This document shows positions 49,015 to 58,592 of a stretch of DNA of 64,000 nt, piece by piece (the stretch's first letter is position 1; every line of letters begins with the position of its first letter). The stretch comes from Gammaproteobacteria bacterium (GTDB lineage Bacteria; Pseudomonadota; Gammaproteobacteria; Steroidobacterales; Rariloculaceae), in contig JBJHBW010000002.1 of assembly GCA_050485685.1 (NCBI GenBank), positions 86,680 to 150,679 of the forward strand. The letters are read 5' to 3'. Position numbers and translations under genes: made by a program. The notes below the pieces were generated by a model. The model saw only the letters and a list, made by a program, of their open reading frames with translations. It did not search any database and was not told where the DNA came from.

Positions 49015-50243
49015 CGCGCGCGGGCGAAGGCGTTGTAACCGAGCAGACTGAGTGCCTCCTGCAGCTGCAGGTCCTGCTCCAGGGTTACGTCGCCGGATGA
49101 ACCACGAAACTGTCGCCGCGGATCGCTGTTGCGCACGGTCACGTCCGGCTCTATGCCGGTCTCGTTGATGTCATGACCTGAGGGCGTGAGGTAACGCGAA
49201 GTGGTCAGCTTCACGGCACCGCCGCTGGCCAGCGGCGTGACGGTCTGTATCGATGCCTTGCCGTAGCTGCGTTCCCCGACCAGCCGGGCGCGGCCGTGGT
49301 CCTGCAACGCGCCGGCGACGATCTCCGAAGCCGACGCCGAACCGCGATTGATCAGCACGGTGATGGGCACACCGGCGACGATGTCGCTGCCCGTGGCACG
49401 ATGTTCGAAACGCACATCGTCGTAGCAGCCTGCGCCCATGACGATGACGCCCTGATCCAGAAACAGGTCAGCGACTTGAATGGCCGCCTCGAGTACGCCG
49501 CCCGGATTGTTGCGCAGGTCCAGGATCAGGCCGCGCGGTCTGGTGTCGCGCGTCATGCGCCGCAGCGCGGCACGCAGATCGCCGGCGGTCTGGTCCGTAA
49601 AGGCCGTGAGGCGGACATACGCATAGTCATCCGCCAGCATCTCGCTCTGCACGGTGTGCAACTGGATCTCGGCTCTGACCAGCGCAAACTTCAGCGGATC
49701 CTCGGCACCTTCGCGTTCGACGCCCAGGGTCACGAACGTGCCCGGCCGTCCGCGCATCAGGCTGACGGTGCGCTCAAGGCTGTCGCCATTGATCGCGACA
49801 TCGTCTATGGATACCAGCACGTCACCCGGCAGAATGCCGGCCCTGGCCGCGGGCGTGCCATCCAGCGGTGTCACGACCCGGATCCTGCCGTCTTCGACAC
49901 GCACATCCAGGCCCACGCCGGAGTAATTGCCGGAAGTATTGATGCGGATGTTTTCGAACTCGTCGCGATCCAGATAACGCGAATGCGGATCGAGCTCTGA
50001 AATGAGGCCGCGAATCGCGCTTTCGACCAGGCGACGCTCATCGACCGGATCCACGTATTCGCTGCGGACCCGCTGTATGACCTCGGTGAGCAGCCGTAAT
50101 GAATCGTCGGCACCGGCATTGGAACGCAGCTGGGGGCCATGCAGGGGACGTTCCGAAAGCAATGCCGCGCCGACCGAAACGGTCAGCCCCAGCACGGTAC
50201 CGACGACCAGTACCAGAACGCTTCTTACCCTGATAGACGTCAC
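49011..50243 (-). CDS. ctpA: S41 C-terminal processing protease
   Basis: LDPHS, PDZ, LDLRNNPGG, SASASEIVAGALQD. Confidence 0.9.
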   Translation of the reverse strand: MTSIRVRSVLVLVVGTVLGLTVSVGAALLSERPLHGPQLRSNAGADDSLRLLTEVIQRVRSEYVDPVDERRLVESAIRGLISELDPHSRYLDRDEFENIRINTSGNYSGVGLDVRVEDGRIRVVTPLDGTPAARAGILPGDVLVSIDDVAINGDSLERTVSLMRGRPGTFVTLGVEREGAEDPLKFALVRAEIQLHTVQSEMLADDYAYVRLTAFTDQTAGDLRAALRRMTRDTRPRGLILDLRNNPGGVLEAAIQVADLFLDQGVIVMGAGCYDDVRFEHRATGSDIVAGVPITVLINRGSASASEIVAGALQDHGRARLVGERSYGKASIQTVTPLASGGAVKLTTSRYLTPSGHDINETGIEPDVTVRNSDPRRQFRGSSGDVTLEQDLQLQEALSLLGYNAFARAR

Positions 50244-50291
50244 GCGATTCCCACCCCGGAACGGACATCCGAAGATATCACAGCCTTTTCG

Positions 50292-51449
50292 TCAACGCGC
50301 GCCCGGACGCCCCGCAAACCATGGGTTGGGATTGACCGGCGTGCCGTTGTGACGGATCTCGAAATACAGTGACGGACGGGCCAGTCCGCCCGTATCCCCG
50401 GCCTGCGCGATGACTTCGCCGGGAGACGCCCAGTCGCCGGACTCCTTGAGCAGAGCCTCATTATGTCCATACAAGCTCATGTAGCCGTCGCCGTGGTCGA
50501 GTATGACCAGCAGCCCCAGGCCCGGCAGCCAGTCGGAGAACACCACCCGACCGTGATAGACGGCGCGCACCGGTGCGCCTTCGGCGGTCTCCAGCAGCAC
50601 GCCGTTCCATTGCATGGGCCCGCCGTTACGGGGTCGGCCGAAGTCGCCGGCCACCTCTCCGGCCACCGGCCAGGCCAGCCGCCCGCGCATGCCGCTGAAC
50701 GGATCGTCCACGTTGACCGGAAAATCCGCGACCAGCTCGCTGAGTTCCTCGATCAGATCGACGAGGCGTGCCTCTTCGGCGCGCAGGCGCTGCACCTCGG
50801 CATCGCCCTCGGCAATGGAAGCTTCCAGACGCGAAAGCACCGCCTGACGGTCGGACCGTGCCGCTGCCAGCGTCGCCACCTCCGCCGCCTGCGCTGATTC
50901 CAGCGTTTCCAGCGACTGCCTGACGGCGGCGGTCTCGGCCGCCAGTTCCACCAGCGTGCCCAGCTCCTCACGTGCGCGCTGCAGGCGTTCGCCGCGTGCC
51001 TGCAGCAGGTACTCGTAGTAGATGACCATACGGCCGATATCGGCCGGATCTTCCTGACTGAGCAGCAGACGGAACACCTCGGCATCGCCGGTCATGTAGC
51101 TGGCGCGGACCTGGCGGGCCAGCGCCTCGCGCTCGCCGCCCAGCCGGGCGCGGGCATCCGCGGTCCGGGTCTGCAGGCTGGCGGCCTGCCGTTGCTGCTC
51201 GGCGAGACGTGCCCGCAGCTGTTCGAGCTCGCGGTTCGCAGCCGCGACCCGCAGCTCGACTTCGCGCAGTTCCTCGCTGTGGCGGTCGCGCTCGGTCTGC
51301 TCACCGGCAAGGCGCCGCTCCAGTGCCTGGATACGGTCGCGAACGGCCTGCAGGTCAGCCTCCTGCTGCTGTTGCGCGACCGCCATCACGGCAGCGAACG
51401 TCGCAACGCAGGCGACCGCGCAGACTGACCACGAGCGGAGCTTTTCCAT
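50292..51449 (-). CDS. envC: Murein hydrolase activator EnvC (coiled coil + degenerate M23)
   Basis: LAWPVAG, WNGV, ILDHGDGYMSLYGHN, LYFEIR. Confidence 0.88.
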   Translation of the reverse strand: MEKLRSWSVCAVACVATFAAVMAVAQQQQEADLQAVRDRIQALERRLAGEQTERDRHSEELREVELRVAAANRELEQLRARLAEQQRQAASLQTRTADARARLGGEREALARQVRASYMTGDAEVFRLLLSQEDPADIGRMVIYYEYLLQARGERLQRAREELGTLVELAAETAAVRQSLETLESAQAAEVATLAAARSDRQAVLSRLEASIAEGDAEVQRLRAEEARLVDLIEELSELVADFPVNVDDPFSGMRGRLAWPVAGEVAGDFGRPRNGGPMQWNGVLLETAEGAPVRAVYHGRVVFSDWLPGLGLLVILDHGDGYMSLYGHNEALLKESGDWASPGEVIAQAGDTGGLARPSLYFEIRHNGTPVNPNPWFAGRPGAR

Positions 51450-51467
51450 CGGGAGAGGAAGTCTAGC

Positions 51468-51473
51468 TATAAT
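51468..51473 (+). promoter_or_regulatory. Sigma70 -10 element for rhodanese-grxC-secB-gpsA operon
   Basis: TATAAT 43 bp upstream of ATG 51516. Confidence 0.5.
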
Positions 51474-51515
51474 GCCGCGCCCCGGATACTGCGCCACGCG
51501 GAGTTCACTTGCATC

Positions 51516-51935
51516 ATGGGTCAACTGGCTGAATTCGCCAGCAATCACCCGTTCCTGGTCATGGGCCTTCTGGCCACCTGGGGCGCGGTGATGTTCTACG
51601 AACTCAGGCTGAAAAGCCTGGGGCTGGTACAGGTATCGGTGCCCGATGCGGTCAAACTGATCAATCGCGGCGCCATGGTCGTGGATGTGCGTGAACCGGA
51701 TGCGTTCCGCAACGGCCATATCGTGAGCGCGAAAAACATCCCGCTGGCCAAGGTAAACGATGACAAGGGACCGCTGAAGAAGCAGAAGAACAAGGTCGTG
51801 CTTACCGTCTGCGACAACGGCGCGGTGTCCCGTCGCGCGGTGCAGATACTGCGCGGCGCGGGCCACGACAAGGTGTTCAGCATCAAGGGAGGACTGGCCG
51901 GCTGGCGGGCCGAGAACCAGCCGCTGGTCAAATGA
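51516..51935 (+). CDS. Rhodanese-like membrane protein (YibN-like)
   Basis: VVDVRE..F..GHI..A.NIP, GGLAGW..ENQP. Confidence 0.88.
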   Translation: MGQLAEFASNHPFLVMGLLATWGAVMFYELRLKSLGLVQVSVPDAVKLINRGAMVVDVREPDAFRNGHIVSAKNIPLAKVNDDKGPLKKQKNKVVLTVCDNGAVSRRAVQILRGAGHDKVFSIKGGLAGWRAENQPLVK

Positions 51936-52234
51936 GCACCACGGCATCCGGCGTGCTCATATACTCTTCGCCCCTGTGCGGCTATTGCACCGCCGCCAGG
52001 CGCCTGTTGCGCACCAAGGGGGTAACGTTCACGGAAATCGACGTTCTGGCCGAACCGGAACGTCGCATGGAGATGATGGAGCGCAGCGGCGGCCGACGTA
52101 CCGTGCCGCAGGTCTTCATTCACGGCACCCACGCAGGCGGGTACGACGATCTGGTGCAGCTGGACCGCGAGGGCAGACTCGATGCCCTGCTGGCAGGCTC
52201 GGCTGAACCCGATTCACTTTCAACGCAAACTTAA
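51932..52234 (+). CDS. grxC: Glutaredoxin 3
   Basis: CGYC, RTVPQVFI, GGYDDL. Confidence 0.92.
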   Translation: MSTTASGVLIYSSPLCGYCTAARRLLRTKGVTFTEIDVLAEPERRMEMMERSGGRRTVPQVFIHGTHAGGYDDLVQLDREGRLDALLAGSAEPDSLSTQT

Positions 52235-52245
52235 GAGAATTGACG

Positions 52246-52767
52246 ATGGCAGACGAACAGGCGCAGAACACCCAGCAGAAGCAGCTCATCCTGCAGAAGA
52301 TCTACATCAAGGATCTGTCTTTCGAATCGCCCCGCACCCCGGCGGCGTTCTCGATCCAGCAGACACCCCAGACGCAGCTCAGCCTGAAATCCAACGTCAA
52401 GGACATCGCCGAGCACACCTATGAAGTGACGCTCACCATCACCGTGGAAACCAAGGATCAGGACCAGACCGTGTTCCTGTGCGAGCTGTCACAGGCCGGC
52501 GTGTTCCGTCTGGAAGGCTACACGCCCGATGAAACGGACATGCTGCTGAACGCCTACTGCCCGAGCACGCTGTATCCGTTCGCCCGTGAGGCGATCGCAG
52601 ACATCGTCGGCAAGGGCGGTTTTCCGCAGCTGCTGCTGCAGCCGATCAATTTCGACGCGCTGTACGCACAGGCCCAGCAACAGAAGGCGCAGCAGGGCTC
52701 GGGTATCTTTCAGAACGCCCCGGCGGCCGGCGACGTCGAGCAATCCGGCTCCGGCGAGCCCCATTGA
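52246..52767 (+). CDS. secB: Protein export chaperone SecB
   Basis: QKIYIKDLSFESP, CPSTLYPFARE, PINFDALY. Confidence 0.95.
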   Translation: MADEQAQNTQQKQLILQKIYIKDLSFESPRTPAAFSIQQTPQTQLSLKSNVKDIAEHTYEVTLTITVETKDQDQTVFLCELSQAGVFRLEGYTPDETDMLLNAYCPSTLYPFAREAIADIVGKGGFPQLLLQPINFDALYAQAQQQKAQQGSGIFQNAPAAGDVEQSGSGEPH

Positions 52768-52797
52768 TCGGGCTTCGCACGCACTGACGAGGCGTGC

Positions 52798-53841
52798 GTG
52801 AGCGGCATCACTGATAACGATCAGGCACCGGACTCGCCGCTGCGCGGGCCGGTGGCCGTTCTCGGCGGTGGTTCCTGGGGCACGGCGCTGGCCGTACAGC
52901 TTGCACGCGCCGGGCGCGCACCGGTGCTGTGGGCCAGGGACGTCGCTCAGGCCAACGACATGCGCAGCGCCGGGCGCAATGCCCGCTATCTGCCCGATGT
53001 TGCGTTCCCTCCCGGTCTCGGCATCACCTCCGACCTGCGTGACGCGGTATGGGGCGCAAATGCGATCCTGATTGCCGTGCCCTCCACTGCGTTCCGGCGC
53101 ACACTGGAGGCGTTACGCGATCTGGATCTGCCGCTGCAACAGCTGGCCTGGGCCACAAAGGGGTTTGAGCTCGACACCGGCATGCTGCCACATCAGGTCG
53201 TGAACTCGGTGCTCGGCGGAACGCCGGCGGTTGCCGTACTGTCCGGCCCGACCTTCGCCCGCGAAGTGGGACTCGGTCTGCCCAGCGCGATGACAGTCGC
53301 CGCGTCGAATCCGTCCTTCGCAGCCAGCTTCGCCGCGGCGATCTCCACCGACGTCTTCCGTGCCTATACGTCCGAAGACATGCTCGGGGTGGAGATCGGC
53401 GGCGCCACGAAGAACGTGTATGCGATAGGCGCCGGCATTTCCGACGGACTGGGCTTCGGCGCGAATTCGCGCATCGCGCTGGTGACCCGTGCGCTGTCGG
53501 AAATGACCCGCCTGGGCACCGCGCTGGGCGCCCGCACCGAAACGTTCATGGGACTGGCCGGCATGGGCGATCTGGTTCTGACCTGCACCGACGATCAGTC
53601 GCGAAACCGCCGCTTCGGGCTGGCGCTGGGCCGTGGTCAGGCCCCGGAAGCGGCGCTTCGCGACATCGGCCAGGTGGTCGAGGGCTATTACGCGGCGCGG
53701 GCCGTGCGCCAGGTCGCCGGGCGCCTTGGCGTGGAGATGCCCATCGTTGAACAGATCCACGGCGTGATCTACGACCGCATGGCGCCGCAGGACGCCGTGA
53801 ACGCGCTGATGCGACGACCGCTGTCCGCGGAACTGGGCTGA
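52798..53841 (+). CDS. gpsA: NAD(P)H-dependent glycerol-3-phosphate dehydrogenase
   Basis: GGGSWGTALA, LSGPTFA, KNV.AI, GDLVLTCT..QSRN. Confidence 0.95.
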   Translation: MSGITDNDQAPDSPLRGPVAVLGGGSWGTALAVQLARAGRAPVLWARDVAQANDMRSAGRNARYLPDVAFPPGLGITSDLRDAVWGANAILIAVPSTAFRRTLEALRDLDLPLQQLAWATKGFELDTGMLPHQVVNSVLGGTPAVAVLSGPTFAREVGLGLPSAMTVAASNPSFAASFAAAISTDVFRAYTSEDMLGVEIGGATKNVYAIGAGISDGLGFGANSRIALVTRALSEMTRLGTALGARTETFMGLAGMGDLVLTCTDDQSRNRRFGLALGRGQAPEAALRDIGQVVEGYYAARAVRQVAGRLGVEMPIVEQIHGVIYDRMAPQDAVNALMRRPLSAELG

Positions 53842-53890
53842 CTCTGCCGGCAAGTGCAGCGAACATGTCGGCAATGACTTTGTTCGTGCG

Positions 53891-55078
53891 ATGATCGGCG
53901 TACTTGCGAACCGCACCTACCGTCACCTGTTTGCGGCGCAGGCGCTGTCGCTGATCGGCACCGGACTCACGACCGTGGCCCTGGCGCTGCTGGCCTGGGA
54001 GCTGGCCGGCGATCGCGCCGGCACGGTGCTGGGCACGGCGCTGGCCCTGAAGATGGTCGCGTATGTGGTGATAGCGCCGATCGCCGGCGCATTTGCCGCA
54101 CAGTTTCCGCGACGCGCCCTGCTGGTGGTGCTGGACCTGTGTCGCGCAGCCCTGGTGCTGCTGTTGCCGTTCGTGACCGAGATCTGGCAGATCTACACGC
54201 TGGTGTTCGCATTTCAGGCCTTTTCGGCGGCCTTCACGCCGACATTCCAGGCCACCATTCCCGATGTGCTGCCGAACGATCGCGACTATACGAATGCCCT
54301 GTCGCTGTCGCGTCTGGCCTACGATCTGGAATCCCTGCTGAGTCCGCTGCTGGCCGGCGTGCTGCTGGCCTTTGTCAGCTTCCACTGGCTGTTCGCCGGC
54401 ACCACGATCGGCTTCATCGCATCGGCGCTGCTGGTGCTCAGCGTGACGCTGCCGCCAGCGCGGCTGCTGACCTCGGCACGCAGCATCATGGCGCGCCTCA
54501 GCCACGGCACGCGGCTGTATCTGGCCACTCCGCGGCTGCGCGGCCTGCTGGCACTCAGTGTCGCGGTGGCGGCCGGCGGGTCCATGGTGATCGTCAATAC
54601 GGTGGTCTATGTGCGCGAGGTGCTGGGCGGCTCGGAACAGGATGTCGCGCTGCTGTTCGCCGCTTACGGCTTCGGCTCCATGGTGACGGCGATATTGCTG
54701 CCCCGTCTGCTGGACAGGGTATCGGCGCGCACCGTCATGCTGCCGGGCGCGCTGGTGCTGACCGTCGGCCTGCTGGTCGGCGTCAGCGGACCCGGCTTCG
54801 TCGCGCTGGCGTTCCTGTGGGCACTGCTGGGCGTCGGCGCCTCGCTGATTCAGACACCGGCCGGCCTGCTGCTGCGACGCTCGTCGGCGGAAGCCGAACG
54901 TCCCGCCCTGTTCTCGGCGCAGTTCGCGTTGTCACACCTGTGCTGGCTGGCCTGCTATCCGCTGGCCGGCTGGGCCGGTGTCGCTTTCGGACTCGATGGC
55001 GCATTCGCACTGATGATGGTGCTGGCTGCCGCCGGCGGCGCGGCTGCGTGGGTGCTGTGGCACCGCGCCGGCGAGTGA
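53891..55078 (+). CDS. MFS transporter, NreB (nickel resistance)-like
   Basis: NRTYRHLF..Q...LIGTGL.TVAL, FTPTFQATIPD, LSRLAYDLE, AQFALSH.CWL..YP. Confidence 0.8.
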   Translation: MIGVLANRTYRHLFAAQALSLIGTGLTTVALALLAWELAGDRAGTVLGTALALKMVAYVVIAPIAGAFAAQFPRRALLVVLDLCRAALVLLLPFVTEIWQIYTLVFAFQAFSAAFTPTFQATIPDVLPNDRDYTNALSLSRLAYDLESLLSPLLAGVLLAFVSFHWLFAGTTIGFIASALLVLSVTLPPARLLTSARSIMARLSHGTRLYLATPRLRGLLALSVAVAAGGSMVIVNTVVYVREVLGGSEQDVALLFAAYGFGSMVTAILLPRLLDRVSARTVMLPGALVLTVGLLVGVSGPGFVALAFLWALLGVGASLIQTPAGLLLRRSSAEAERPALFSAQFALSHLCWLACYPLAGWAGVAFGLDGAFALMMVLAAAGGAAAWVLWHRAGE

Positions 55079-55160
55079 ATGCAGCAAGTGGCCAGAAGCG
55101 CGATTTATCTCTAGTATCCGTTGGTCCGGGCAGCCACGGAGCCTTCTGCGGGAATCGGCA

Positions 55161-56573
55161 ATGACAGATAAGAAAAGACGCCCTGGGGGAACGGGATCCA
55201 TCGCTGGCGGATCCATCGTTGCAGCATCAGCACTGTTTCTCGTCACGACGGCCTCCGCACAGCATGTCGCGGAAATCGGCTTTGAAAGCGTGGGCCGCGC
55301 GGCCCCGCTGGCCGCGGACCTGAACGAATATCATCGCACCGGCGCGACGCGACGTGTCGGGCGTAATGAGTTTCCCGATCCGCGGCGCGACGAGTCGGGC
55401 TTCATCGGCTCGGCACGCAACGGTGAATCGCCACCGGGCATAGAGCCGCTGGAAACGGATCTGTTCACGTCGACGGACTTCTATCAGGACCGCCACCTGT
55501 GGAGCGATCCGCGCTATTTCCGCTGCAACAGCCCGGCCGCTCTGGAAGACCTCTGGACCGGTGGCGCGAATTCACTGATAGGCGACGAACCGCCCGCCAC
55601 AGCCGCCTGGGGCTACTGCGACCGCGACTATCCGCGCGAAGCCATTGTCAGTCCGTATCCGTTTACCACCGCACAGGAACACTACGAGGCGCTGCTTGCG
55701 GAAACGCATGAGCGCGGCGGGCCCATCGAGCACACCTATGCCACGGTGCCCGGCGAATGGAACGGCCGCTACCAGCACCCTGGCTTCACGCCCGGCAACC
55801 AGTACTGGTACCGCATGCGGCACGTGCAGGTGCCGACCATCCTGTCCCTGCTGACCGACGAGTACCAGACACGCATGGTTCAGGAGGCCTACCACCACGG
55901 CAACACCAATGCGCCACAGTGGCCCAGCCAGTACTGCTGGGCGGAAGGCTTCATGCGCCGCTGGCATGAAGCGGCACTGTGGGAGAACTACATTCTGGTG
56001 ACGCCGTCGCTGGTGCAGATTCTGGCCGGCGTCGCGCGAAATTTCATCACCAACATTCATGTCGGCCGCGAGTTCGACATGAGCGGGCGCGTGCCGAGGC
56101 TGGGTGCCGACGTGCCGCGCTGGTACGGAGAGACCATAGGCTTCTGGGACGAGGATGCCCTGATCACATGGACATCGAACATCCAGGGGTGGATGGCACA
56201 CGCCGCCTTCGAATGGTCGAATGCGATGCAGACCATCGAGATCTACACCGCGAACCGGGATGCCGACGGCAACTTCCTCGGCCTCAATCACGAAGCCATC
56301 TTCTATGACCCCGAGGCGCTGGTCGAACCGGTACGCATCATCCGCAACTATGTGAAGCTCAGCGATTTCGACGAGGGCGATCCCTACGTCTTCATCGAAT
56401 GCGTGCAGACCATCTTTCCGATTGACGGTATCGGTACGCCGGTCACACCCGGTCAGGTCATCGAGTTTCAGGTGCCCGACATGTACGGGCGGCCCTGGGC
56501 ACGGATATGGGAACAGTGGCACGAGCAGAACATGCAGCGTCCGGTGGACGAAGACATATTCAGCTTCGACTGA
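55161..56573 (+). CDS. Exported hypothetical protein (470 aa)
   Basis: Signal peptide (TASA/QH), strong coding bias, aromatic-rich, PRWYGETIGFWDEDALI motif. Confidence 0.75.
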   Translation: MTDKKRRPGGTGSIAGGSIVAASALFLVTTASAQHVAEIGFESVGRAAPLAADLNEYHRTGATRRVGRNEFPDPRRDESGFIGSARNGESPPGIEPLETDLFTSTDFYQDRHLWSDPRYFRCNSPAALEDLWTGGANSLIGDEPPATAAWGYCDRDYPREAIVSPYPFTTAQEHYEALLAETHERGGPIEHTYATVPGEWNGRYQHPGFTPGNQYWYRMRHVQVPTILSLLTDEYQTRMVQEAYHHGNTNAPQWPSQYCWAEGFMRRWHEAALWENYILVTPSLVQILAGVARNFITNIHVGREFDMSGRVPRLGADVPRWYGETIGFWDEDALITWTSNIQGWMAHAAFEWSNAMQTIEIYTANRDADGNFLGLNHEAIFYDPEALVEPVRIIRNYVKLSDFDEGDPYVFIECVQTIFPIDGIGTPVTPGQVIEFQVPDMYGRPWARIWEQWHEQNMQRPVDEDIFSFD

Positions 56574-56605
56574 CCGACGCGCTGCCGGCCGCATGCGCGG
56601 CGCTC

Positions 56606-57751
56606 GTGCGGGCACCTGTGCTGGCGCTGACGCTGACGCTGGCACTTTCCGTGGTGCTGGCCATCGAGCCGGCGCAGCGCGCCGCTGCCGGGGATCCTGA
56701 CAGCCACGCCCTGACTGATCGCGCACAGCCCGGACGCGCCCCCGGCGTACTGCTGTCCGCTGTGCCTGACCATGAGCTGCACGACATCGTACAGGCTCAT
56801 GTGGCGCGCGATGCGTTCATGGGTAATGTCCTCGTCGCGCATGGCGGACGCATCGTGTTCGAAGGCAGCTACGGCGATGCCGATCGCAGCACCGGAGAAC
56901 GCAACACTCAGGACACGCGGTTTCCGATAGGTTCACTGAGCAAGCAGTTCACGGCGGCCGCGCTGCTGTTGCTGGCGGAGGATGGCCGCCTGGAGCTGTC
57001 CGATCCGCTGCGCGAACACCTTGCCGACGTGCCGCCGTCCTGGTCCGGCATCACGATCTTTCACCTGCTGACGCACACCTCCGGCATCCCCAACTTCACC
57101 GCGCTGCCCGAGTACCGGACCCTGCGTTATGCACCCGGTTCGCCCGACACGGCCATTGCTCTGGTGCGCGACCGTCCGGTCGAGTTCGTGCCGGGCATTC
57201 GCAAGAACTACAGCAACTCCGGTTACATGCTGCTGGGCCGTCTGATCGAGCAGATTGCAGGCATGACCTACGACGAGTTCGTGCGTGAACGCCTGCTGGA
57301 CCCGCTGGGCATGACCGAGACACGCGGCGACACCGAAGCCGGGGCACGCGACAGACTGCCGACCGGGCACGCGCACTCCGCGCAGGGTGTGATGGTGGTG
57401 CCGCACAGTGACCTGGCCCTGCTGCGCGCGGCCGGATCACTGACATCCACGCCACGGGATCTGCTGCGCTGGGTGAACGCACTGTTCAGCGGTGAAGTGC
57501 TGACGCCGGCGTCGCTGCAGGCAATGATCACGCCGTTTCGTGACGACTATGCGCTGGGCGTCGCCGCCCACAGCCGCGATGGTGTGAAAGTCATAGAGCA
57601 CTTCGGCGGCGTGAACGGCTTCAGTGCGCACTTCGCTCATTACCCTGAGATGGACCTGACGGTGATCGTGTTTGCGAACATCCGCAACCGCGTTCCGGCC
57701 GAGATAGCCCGCGATATCGGTCGGCGTTTTGCCGGCATCGCTACACCCTGA
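56606..57751 (+). CDS. Serine hydrolase (beta-lactamase class C-like)
   Basis: F.IGSLSKQFT (SxxK), LLTHTSG, YSNSGY, HFGG; start uncertain. Confidence 0.85.
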   Translation: MRAPVLALTLTLALSVVLAIEPAQRAAAGDPDSHALTDRAQPGRAPGVLLSAVPDHELHDIVQAHVARDAFMGNVLVAHGGRIVFEGSYGDADRSTGERNTQDTRFPIGSLSKQFTAAALLLLAEDGRLELSDPLREHLADVPPSWSGITIFHLLTHTSGIPNFTALPEYRTLRYAPGSPDTAIALVRDRPVEFVPGIRKNYSNSGYMLLGRLIEQIAGMTYDEFVRERLLDPLGMTETRGDTEAGARDRLPTGHAHSAQGVMVVPHSDLALLRAAGSLTSTPRDLLRWVNALFSGEVLTPASLQAMITPFRDDYALGVAAHSRDGVKVIEHFGGVNGFSAHFAHYPEMDLTVIVFANIRNRVPAEIARDIGRRFAGIATP

Positions 57752-57799
57752 GTCCGTCGGTCCCGCCAGACGATCGAGATCGTCAGGGTCCCGCCGTCG

Positions 57800-58510
57800 T
57801 CAGGCACGGGATTTCAGCTTGCTGTCCCAGATTGCAGGTTCGCGGTGGTTCAGGTTGTCATCGAAATGCACCGGATCCTCGCGCGTGAAATCGCCGCCCC
57901 AGCGCAGCAGCGGATCGTCACGGACGAGGGCTATGAAGTCGCGTACCTGGTCCGGGAGATTCGAAATATTCGCGCGTCGCAATGCGCTTGAGTTGTAGAA
58001 GCCGTCGGCAGTCTTCACGTTCACGTCAATGGCATGACCGACCAGATGGTTGGAGCGGGTTGCCGGCGCTGCGATGGCGCCACGCACCGTGCGGCCGGGT
58101 TCACGCGTGGAGGACGTGACATACAGCGCTATGTCGCACTGCTCGGCGAATGCGTTCAGCCGGTCCAGACTCGGAAAAAAGTCGTGGTCGGCATGGATCT
58201 CCCTGCCGACGAAGCGCGTGTTGCGATAGGGACGGATATCGCACACCGGGGACAGCGCGGGTGGCGTGCCGGTCTCGTCATCCTGCGGCGGCTCTGCCGC
58301 CGTGAGTAAAGTCAGATCCTCTGCATCGATCTCGACGTGGTCGGAAAGCACCCAGCCTTCGCGCCCGTCCCGGGTACGCACACGCAACCAGGTTTCCCGG
58401 CCGAGGATCTCGAGTCTGGATCCGCGACGCAGTGCCTTCTGCACACGGCCGCTGCCGGGCTGTCTGCGCAGGTTCAGGCCGCCACGGGCAATCACGGTCC
58501 CGCCGCTCAT
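57800..58510 (-). CDS. SH3b + M15-family Zn peptidoglycan peptidase
   Basis: LNLR..PG..W.RV...GWV SH3b; SNHLVGHAID and WGGDF..DPVHFD. Confidence 0.8.
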   Translation of the reverse strand: MSGGTVIARGGLNLRRQPGSGRVQKALRRGSRLEILGRETWLRVRTRDGREGWVLSDHVEIDAEDLTLLTAAEPPQDDETGTPPALSPVCDIRPYRNTRFVGREIHADHDFFPSLDRLNAFAEQCDIALYVTSSTREPGRTVRGAIAAPATRSNHLVGHAIDVNVKTADGFYNSSALRRANISNLPDQVRDFIALVRDDPLLRWGGDFTREDPVHFDDNLNHREPAIWDSKLKSRA

Positions 58511-58592
58511 GCGCACGCTCCTTTCATCGCTTCGCTCCTGCGGATGCCGGTCGATCGCAGAGTCTACCGGGCCGGGGAAGATTCAGCGGCAG

